NCBI RefSeq assembly: GCF_947504105.1
Contig: NZ_CANNGP010000006.1
Location: forward strand, 30,399-94,398
Direction of reading: 5' to 3'
DNA: 64,000 nt
DNA from: an uncultured Tateyamaria sp.
Lineage (GTDB): Bacteria > Pseudomonadota > Alphaproteobacteria > Rhodobacterales > Rhodobacteraceae
This document shows, piece by piece, positions 58,341 to 64,000 of the stretch. Both the position numbers and the translations under genes were made by a program. Within the stretch, counting starts at the first letter, position 1; every line of letters starts with the position of its first letter. The notes under the pieces were generated by a model, which saw only the letters and a list, made by a program, of their open reading frames with translations, searched no databases and was not told the DNA's origin.

Positions 58341-59069
58341 GTGTCTGCCCTTTTGTCCGTCGATGGGCTAAGCAAGTCATTCGGGGCCGTCACGGTTGCG
58401 GATGACACCGCGTTCGAGATAGCCCAAGGCGATGCCGTAGGCATTCTCGGGCCCAATGGCGCGGGCAAGACATCGCTTTTTAATTTGATCACTGGCGCGC
58501 TCAGCCCCGACGCGGGCCGGATCACGTTCCAGGGGTCGGACATAACGACCGCTTCGGCCGCAAAGCGGTGCAAGATAGGCATCGCGCGGTCGTTCCAGGT
58601 GCCACAACCTTTTGGCGGCATGACGGTTTATGAAAATGCGCTTGTAGGCGCAATGCAGGGCGCGGGCCTTTCAGGCCACGCCGCCAAAGATCACGCGCTT
58701 CAGGTACTGACTGACACTGGCCTGTTGGCCAAGGCGAACCAGCGCGCCGGTTCACTGACGCTGCTTGACCGCAAGCGGCTTGAGATGGCGCGGGCACTAT
58801 CGGCTCGCCCCAGGCTCCTCCTTCTTGACGAAATCGCGGGGGGGCTGACCGAAGCCGAATGCACAGACCTGATCGACACGATCAAGGCAGTGCATGCGCA
58901 CGGTACGACGATCATCTGGATCGAACATGTCGTGCATGCGCTACTGGCCGTAGTGGACCGACTGATCGTGATCGACTTCGGCAAGAAGATCGCCGAAGGC
59001 GCCCCGAAAGAGATCATGGATAGTGCAGAAGTGAAGGAAATCTATTTGGGAGTGGACCCAGATGTCTGA
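58341..59069 (+). CDS. ABC transporter ATP-binding protein (LivG-like)
   Basis: GTG 58341 is the probable start. Walker A GPNGAGKTS, signature and Walker B LLLLDE. Confidence 0.8.
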   Translation: MSALLSVDGLSKSFGAVTVADDTAFEIAQGDAVGILGPNGAGKTSLFNLITGALSPDAGRITFQGSDITTASAAKRCKIGIARSFQVPQPFGGMTVYENALVGAMQGAGLSGHAAKDHALQVLTDTGLLAKANQRAGSLTLLDRKRLEMARALSARPRLLLLDEIAGGLTEAECTDLIDTIKAVHAHGTTIIWIEHVVHALLAVVDRLIVIDFGKKIAEGAPKEIMDSAEVKEIYLGVDPDV

Positions 59070-59772
59070 CCCGATCCTGTCGCTCACGAAACTCGACGCG
59101 CACTATGGCGACTTCCAGGCGCTTTATGGCATCGACATGGACATCCATACAGGTGAAGTGGTGGCGATCATTGGCGCCAATGGCGCGGGCAAAAGCACAC
59201 TTATGCGCTCCATCTCTGGCCTAATACGCAACACGCCCGACCAAGTGCATCTTAATGGTGAAGCAATCGGCACCCTGCGCGCGGATCAGGTCGCCTATCG
59301 CGGCGTCGCCTTGGTGCCAGAGGGACGACAGCTGTTCCCGTCACTGTCGGTCGAAGAGAACCTATTGCTCGGTGGCAAAGTCGGGCGTCCCGGTCCATGG
59401 TCGCTGGATGCCGTATACGACCTCTTCCCCGTACTGAAAGAACGGCGTAGCCAAGCCTCGACTTCCTTGTCGGGCGGGCAACAACAAATGGTTGCCATCG
59501 GCAGGGCCTTAATGGCGAACCCCGAAGTGATCCTGTTTGACGAGATCAGCCTTGGCCTCGCTCCTGTCATCATAAAGACGATCTACGACGCTTTGCCGGG
59601 GATCATTGGCGGCGGCATGACCGCGCTCGTTGTGGAACAGGATATCAGCAAAGCGCTCGAAGTCTCATCCCGCGTGTTCTGCCTACAAGAGGGGCGCGTG
59701 TCACTCAGCGGCAAGACAGACCATGTCACGCGCGACCAAATCACAGTCGCCTATTTCGGAGTTGCCGCATGA
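59062..59772 (+). CDS. ABC transporter ATP-binding protein (LivF-like)
   Basis: Walker A GANGAGKST, signature LSGGQQQ, Walker B ILFDE. 8-nt overlap with the upstream gene. Confidence 0.85.
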   Translation: MSDPILSLTKLDAHYGDFQALYGIDMDIHTGEVVAIIGANGAGKSTLMRSISGLIRNTPDQVHLNGEAIGTLRADQVAYRGVALVPEGRQLFPSLSVEENLLLGGKVGRPGPWSLDAVYDLFPVLKERRSQASTSLSGGQQQMVAIGRALMANPEVILFDEISLGLAPVIIKTIYDALPGIIGGGMTALVVEQDISKALEVSSRVFCLQEGRVSLSGKTDHVTRDQITVAYFGVAA

Positions 59773-60635
59773 TCGAATGGACAGGTGTGATTTTGCAGGG
59801 CGTCCTGCTGGGTGGCCTATATGCACTGTTCGCCGCGGGGTTGTCGCTGATCTTTGGCGTGATGCGGTTGGTAAACATCGCCCATGGCGATCTGATCATC
59901 CTCGCCGCCTATCTTGGCTTGAGCACCACCATGATGTTCGGCGTGCACCCATTTGCAGCTGCTCTGCTGGTGCTGCCGGTGATGGCCGGGATCGGGTATG
60001 TCCTGCAACGCGGTATCCTGAACCAGACGCTGGGTCCGGATATCCTACCGCCGCTCCTGGTGACGTTCGGTTTATCAGTGATCATCCAAAACGCATTGCT
60101 CGAAGGATACTCCGCCGACCCACAGAAACTGTCAGCAGGAGCGATCGAGACGGCCAGCGTGTCAGTGGGCAGCTTGACCGTCGGCCTCCTGCCGCTCTTG
60201 ACCTTTGGTGTTGCCGTCGCGGTGATCGCGAGTTTGCAATGGATGTTCTACAGCACAGCGCTTGGGCGCGGCTTCCGCGCCGTATCGGACAATCAGGACA
60301 TCGCGCAGTTGATGGGACTGAACAAAGCGCATGTCTTTGGTCTTGCAATGGCACTGGCGCTTGCTGTCACGGGCATCGCAGGCATCCTTCTCGGTATCCG
60401 CACCAGTTTTGACCCGTCTATCGGCGGGGGGCGCCTAATCTTCGGTTTCGAAGCTGTCATCATCGGTGGGCTTGGGAACCTGTGGGGCACGCTCGCCGGT
60501 GGCGTGATCTTGGGAGTGGCTCAAACCATAGGGGCCAAGATAGATCCCGGCTGGCAAGTGCTGGCCGGCCACATTGCCTTTCTCGTCGTCCTTGCTGTAC
60601 GCCCCAACGGCCTTTTCCCAAGGGTGCAGCACTGA
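59769..60635 (+). CDS. branched-chain-amino-acid-type ABC permease (LivH-like)
   Basis: 288-aa polytopic protein. ATGA overlap with the upstream gene. The LVNIAHGD motif is typical of LivH. Confidence 0.8.
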   Translation: MIEWTGVILQGVLLGGLYALFAAGLSLIFGVMRLVNIAHGDLIILAAYLGLSTTMMFGVHPFAAALLVLPVMAGIGYVLQRGILNQTLGPDILPPLLVTFGLSVIIQNALLEGYSADPQKLSAGAIETASVSVGSLTVGLLPLLTFGVAVAVIASLQWMFYSTALGRGFRAVSDNQDIAQLMGLNKAHVFGLAMALALAVTGIAGILLGIRTSFDPSIGGGRLIFGFEAVIIGGLGNLWGTLAGGVILGVAQTIGAKIDPGWQVLAGHIAFLVVLAVRPNGLFPRVQH

Positions 60636-61654
60636 TGAGCACGCCCACCGTATACCGCGCCACCCGCGCCAGCCGCATCGCCATGATCGTCGCAGCGTTT
60701 GCCCTAATTGTGCTAGCTGCAGCACCTTGGTGGGCGGGCCGCGCCGACCTGCGCCTGATGGGCGAGATCTTCCTCTACCTCTCCCTCGCATGTTTGTGGA
60801 ACCTGATGGCGGGCTACGCGGGCCTCGTGTCCGTCGGCCAACAGGCCTTCGTCGGCTTCGGCGGCTACATGCTCTTTGCCCTCACCATCTTCGGCGGCCT
60901 ACATCCGATCACGGCGATCCTCCTCGCCGGGTTGCTGGCGGCTGTACTTTCCGTCCCCATCGCCTCGCTCATCTTCAGGCTCAAGGGCGCATACTTCGCA
61001 ATCGGCACATGGGTGATGGCCGAAGTGTTCCGCCTAACCTTTGCACAGATTTCAGCGCTCGGCGGCGGCTCGGGAACTTCATTACCTGTGGGCATCGTAA
61101 GGTCACTCGCGTCCTCACGCTCGGGTCGCGAAGCACTCAGCTACTGGTTGGCCCTTGGCTCTGCAGTCCTAGTCATCGCGGCAGTGTACTTGTTCTTGCG
61201 CTCCCGCCGCGGCCTTGCACTCACCGCCATCCGCGACAGCGAAGTGGCGGCAAGCGGCCTTGGCATCGACATCTGGCGCACCAAGCTTGAGGTCTATGTC
61301 GTCACCTCTGCCTTCACCGCGATCATCGGCGGCCTGATCTTCCTGCAAAAACTCCGCATCTCGCCCGACGCCGCCTTTTCGGTCAACGACTGGACCGCCT
61401 TCGTCATCTTTATTGTCGTGATCGGCGGCATCGGCACATTGGAAGGGCCAATCATTGGCACGCTCCTCTTCTTCCTCCTGCGCGAAACACTGGCAGATTT
61501 CGGCACGATCTATTTGATGGTGCTGGGCGCGGTGGCCATCGTGGTCATGCTGAAGGCGCCAAAGGGAGTCTGGGGCCTGATCCGCGACCGTTACGACCTT
61601 GAGCTGTTCCCGCTCAGCTACCGCATCAAATTGAACGATCCAAAGGATATCTGA
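60635..61654 (+). CDS. branched-chain-amino-acid-type ABC permease (LivM-like)
   Basis: Start re-picked at ATG 60635, overlapping the upstream TGA by 1 nt. Polytopic. GLVSVGQQAF motif. Confidence 0.8.
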   Translation: MSTPTVYRATRASRIAMIVAAFALIVLAAAPWWAGRADLRLMGEIFLYLSLACLWNLMAGYAGLVSVGQQAFVGFGGYMLFALTIFGGLHPITAILLAGLLAAVLSVPIASLIFRLKGAYFAIGTWVMAEVFRLTFAQISALGGGSGTSLPVGIVRSLASSRSGREALSYWLALGSAVLVIAAVYLFLRSRRGLALTAIRDSEVAASGLGIDIWRTKLEVYVVTSAFTAIIGGLIFLQKLRISPDAAFSVNDWTAFVIFIVVIGGIGTLEGPIIGTLLFFLLRETLADFGTIYLMVLGAVAIVVMLKAPKGVWGLIRDRYDLELFPLSYRIKLNDPKDI

Positions 61655-61656
61655 TC

Positions 61657-62586
61657 ATGGCCAAGCAAAAGACAATCATTACCTGCGCGGTCACAGGGGC
61701 CATCCACACACCAACGATGTCCGACCACCTGCCCGTCACACACAACGACATTGCCGAACAGGCGATTGCCGCTGCAGAAGCAGGCGCATCTATCCTTCAC
61801 CTGCACACACGTGACCCCAAAGATGGACGCCCATCGGTGGATCCAGATCACTACACGGGCATCCTGAGCCGCGTAAAGCAATCAACCGACGCCGTGCTCA
61901 ACATCACAACGGGTGGTGCGCCCACCATGCTGATCGAGGACCGGATCAAGGCTGCCGTCCACTACAGCCCCGAGATGTGCTCCCTCAACATGGGGTCAAT
62001 GAACTTCGCCTTTCACCCGCTGGTCGACCGCTATGACACGTGGAAACACGACTGGGAAAAGGAGTATATCGCAGGGTCCGAAGCGAATATCTTCCGCAAC
62101 ACGTTTGCCGACATCACGCAGGCGGCCAAGGCCTTGGCCCCACATGACATAAAGTTCGAGCATGAATGCTACGATGTCGGCCACCTCTATAACCTGAAGT
62201 TCTGCATGGACATCGGCCTGTTCAAGGCACCCGTGTTCCTGCAATTCGTGTTCGGCGTTCTGGGCGGGATCGGGGCCGAAGTCGACAACCTGATCTTCAT
62301 GAAACGCACGGCCGACCGCCTCTTTGGCGATGACTATCGCTGGTCCGTTCTTGGCGCAGGCGGCGCACAGATGCCACTTGCCACGACCGCCAGCCAGATG
62401 GGTGGCAATGTGCGCGTCGGGTTGGAAGACAGCCTGTTCATCACACGCGGAAAGCTTGCCGAGTCAAATGCCCAGCAAGTCACCAAAATCCGCCGCATTG
62501 TCGAAGACTTGGGCTGCGAGGTTGCCAGCCCTGATGAGGCGCGCGAAATTCTTGATCTCAAAGGCGGCGACCGCGTCGCCTTCTAG
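61657..62586 (+). CDS. BKACE family enzyme (3-keto-5-aminohexanoate cleavage enzyme-like, DUF849)
   Basis: 309 aa. IITCAVTGAIHTPTMS...ASILHLHTRDPKDGRPS matches the BKACE TIM-barrel N-terminus with zinc-binding His residues. Confidence 0.75.
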   Translation: MAKQKTIITCAVTGAIHTPTMSDHLPVTHNDIAEQAIAAAEAGASILHLHTRDPKDGRPSVDPDHYTGILSRVKQSTDAVLNITTGGAPTMLIEDRIKAAVHYSPEMCSLNMGSMNFAFHPLVDRYDTWKHDWEKEYIAGSEANIFRNTFADITQAAKALAPHDIKFEHECYDVGHLYNLKFCMDIGLFKAPVFLQFVFGVLGGIGAEVDNLIFMKRTADRLFGDDYRWSVLGAGGAQMPLATTASQMGGNVRVGLEDSLFITRGKLAESNAQQVTKIRRIVEDLGCEVASPDEAREILDLKGGDRVAF

Positions 62587-62732
62587 GTCGGCTCGTCATC
62601 CTCAAGTAGGATGCGCCGGGCGTCACCTTCCGGGTCCGAATACTGATCGCTCTTCATCGTCCAGACAAAGGCAACCAGCGCGCCCAATCCAAGGATGAGC
62701 GAACAGGGGACGAGGATCACAAGAACGTTCAT
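62583..62732 (-). CDS. ccoS: cbb3-type cytochrome oxidase maturation protein CcoS/FixS
   Basis: 49 aa from ATG 62732. MNVLVILVPCSLILGLGALVAFVWTMKSDQYSDPEGDARRIL is the CcoS pattern. The start overlaps the ccoI stop (ATGA). Confidence 0.75.
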   Translation of the reverse strand: MNVLVILVPCSLILGLGALVAFVWTMKSDQYSDPEGDARRILLEDDEPT

Positions 62733-64000
62733 GTCTGTGCCTTCGTGCGCAGGGCGTTCAGGGTAACGGTAATCGAACTGGTAGACATCGCGAGTGCGGC
62801 CATCAAAGGTGTGGCAAAGCCAGCCAAGCATAACGGAATGGCCACAGCATTGTAACAAGCAGCCAGTCCGAAATTCTCAAGAATGCGCCGCCTTGCGCTG
62901 CGCGCAATGCCAATTGCTGCGGGGATTCCAGACAGGTGTTGACCCAAAAGCACCACATCGGCCGCGTTCTGGCTTGCTTCAAGCGCGGTGCCCGGCGCAA
63001 TGGACGCCCAAGCGCGGGTCAGGGCCAAAGTGTCGTTCAGACCGTCACCGACCATGACGACCTTGTGCCCCTCGACCTGCAGACGTTCGATCAGGTCCTG
63101 TTTGGCCTCTGGGTCCACCTCGGCGTGTACATTGTCAACGCCCAACTCGTTGGCCGCACGTGCTGCGTTGCGCGCGCTGTCACCGGTCAAAATATGGACG
63201 TCAAACCCCATATCACTCAGGCGCGCGACGGTGTTGACGGCATCAGCAAAAAGCTGTTCGCGTCGCTCAAGCGCATAGACGGTATCGCGGATTTGCAAGA
63301 CAGTGCCTTGGCCTGCCCCTACCCACGTAGCATTGCCAAAACGCACAGATGCGCCATTCCAAGAGGCGGAAACACAGTTACCACGATGCTCCGCTATACC
63401 TTCAAGATCAGCAGGTCTGACATCATTCAACAACAATAGAACCGAACGGCTGAGCGGGTGCGCAGATGCTTGCGCCAATGCCTTGAGAACGGCGCGTGCC
63501 TCGTCCGGCATGTCCTTGTGTGGGACAAGCGCGGCAGCTGACAGAGTACCGGTCTTGTCGAAAACGACCGTGTCTACTTCGGCCAGACGCTCCAATGCCG
63601 TTTTAGATTTGACCAGCAACCCCATGCGGAAAAGTCGCCCGGTCGCTACGGTGGAAACTGCTGGCAGTGCAAGGCCCAAGGCGCAGGGACAGGTGATGAT
63701 CAGCGTCGCAATCGCGATTGTCAGGGCGTGGTACATGTCACCCGTAGCGATCAACCATCCGACAAAGGCGGCAATGGCCAGACCATGCACCAACGGCGCG
63801 TACACGCCAGCAGCACGGTCCGCCAAACTGGTGTACTTGCTGCGCGCACCTTCGGCATGCGCTGCGATTTGGATCAACCTGCGCAGGGTCGAGCCCTTGG
63901 CCGCCACAGTTGTACGCATCGTGACGGGACCGGTCAAAACAACCTCTCCGGCAGTGAGCGAAGCACCCTGCTCGACGGCGATCTCATCACTTTCCCCAGT
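62729..64000 (-). CDS. ccoI: heavy-metal (Cu) translocating P-type ATPase CcoI/FixI, C-terminal part; gene runs off the right edge
   Basis: Hand translation shows the frame is open to position 64000, with the actuator motif TGES at the edge. Downstream motifs are CPCALGLA, FDKTGTLS and VGDGLNDTLAL. Adjacent to ccoS. Confidence 0.85.
   Translation of the reverse strand, partial: TGESDEIAVEQGASLTAGEVVLTGPVTMRTTVAAKGSTLRRLIQIAAHAEGARSKYTSLADRAAGVYAPLVHGLAIAAFVGWLIATGDMYHALTIAIATLIITCPCALGLALPAVSTVATGRLFRMGLLVKSKTALERLAEVDTVVFDKTGTLSAAALVPHKDMPDEARAVLKALAQASAHPLSRSVLLLLNDVRPADLEGIAEHRGNCVSASWNGASVRFGNATWVGAGQGTVLQIRDTVYALERREQLFADAVNTVARLSDMGFDVHILTGDSARNAARAANELGVDNVHAEVDPEAKQDLIERLQVEGHKVVMVGDGLNDTLALTRAWASIAPGTALEASQNAADVVLLGQHLSGIPAAIGIARSARRRILENFGLAACYNAVAIPLCLAGFATPLMAALAMSTSSITVTLNALRTKAQT

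Noticed and set aside
1-64000. CRISPR arrays, IS elements or transposases, prophage genes, rRNA genes.
   Set aside because: None were seen. There are no spaced direct-repeat arrays, no transposase-like ORFs and no terminal inverted repeats. The only RNA gene recognised is tRNA-Thr.

Overview
This is a 64 kb window of roughly 60% GC chromosome. Gene content suggests a marine Rhodobacteraceae-type alphaproteobacterium: pcs, DUF1127, prpE, ccoS/ccoI, and DUF484-xerC. That assignment is an inference; no database search was possible.

About three quarters of the window is ordinary, densely packed housekeeping DNA:
- priA, transaldolase, xerC, ogt, prmA, rsgA, prpE and maeB
- the cdd-deoA-deoB-upp nucleoside salvage genes
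- nadK, glyA, carB and one tRNA-Thr(CGU)
- an IclR-controlled catabolic/ABC-transporter cluster ending in a BKACE-family enzyme
- the end of the ccoGHIS cluster

The outstanding feature lies at 38154-52588 on the minus strand, immediately beside the tRNA-Thr gene.
- It consists of three tightly coupled giant ORFs of 2451, 1325 and 1031 aa (14.4 kb, 22% of the window).
- A 0.5 kb AT-rich spacer lies upstream.
- I found no P-loop, protease, nuclease, RHS/YD, RTX or secretion-signal motif in any of the three.
- The only recognisable pieces are an OmpA/MotB-like peptidoglycan-binding signature, Ig/Fn3-like segments, proline-rich linkers, a roughly 600-aa glycine/hydrophobic beta-rich block, and a degenerate PLD-like layout.
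- I consider this the best candidate for an undescribed system, possibly a cell-envelope or delivery machine.

Secondary observations:
- a low-GC helical ORFan
- a DUF1127 gene with a CcsR/cuckoo-like 3' element
- a 35-nt dispersed intergenic repeat
- tandem mini-lipoprotein paralogs
- a trio of secreted CxxxC proteins

All functional calls rest on motifs read by eye from the supplied translations and from my own hand translations. The ORF track uses alternative start codons written as M and omits edge-truncated genes, so several starts were re-picked.
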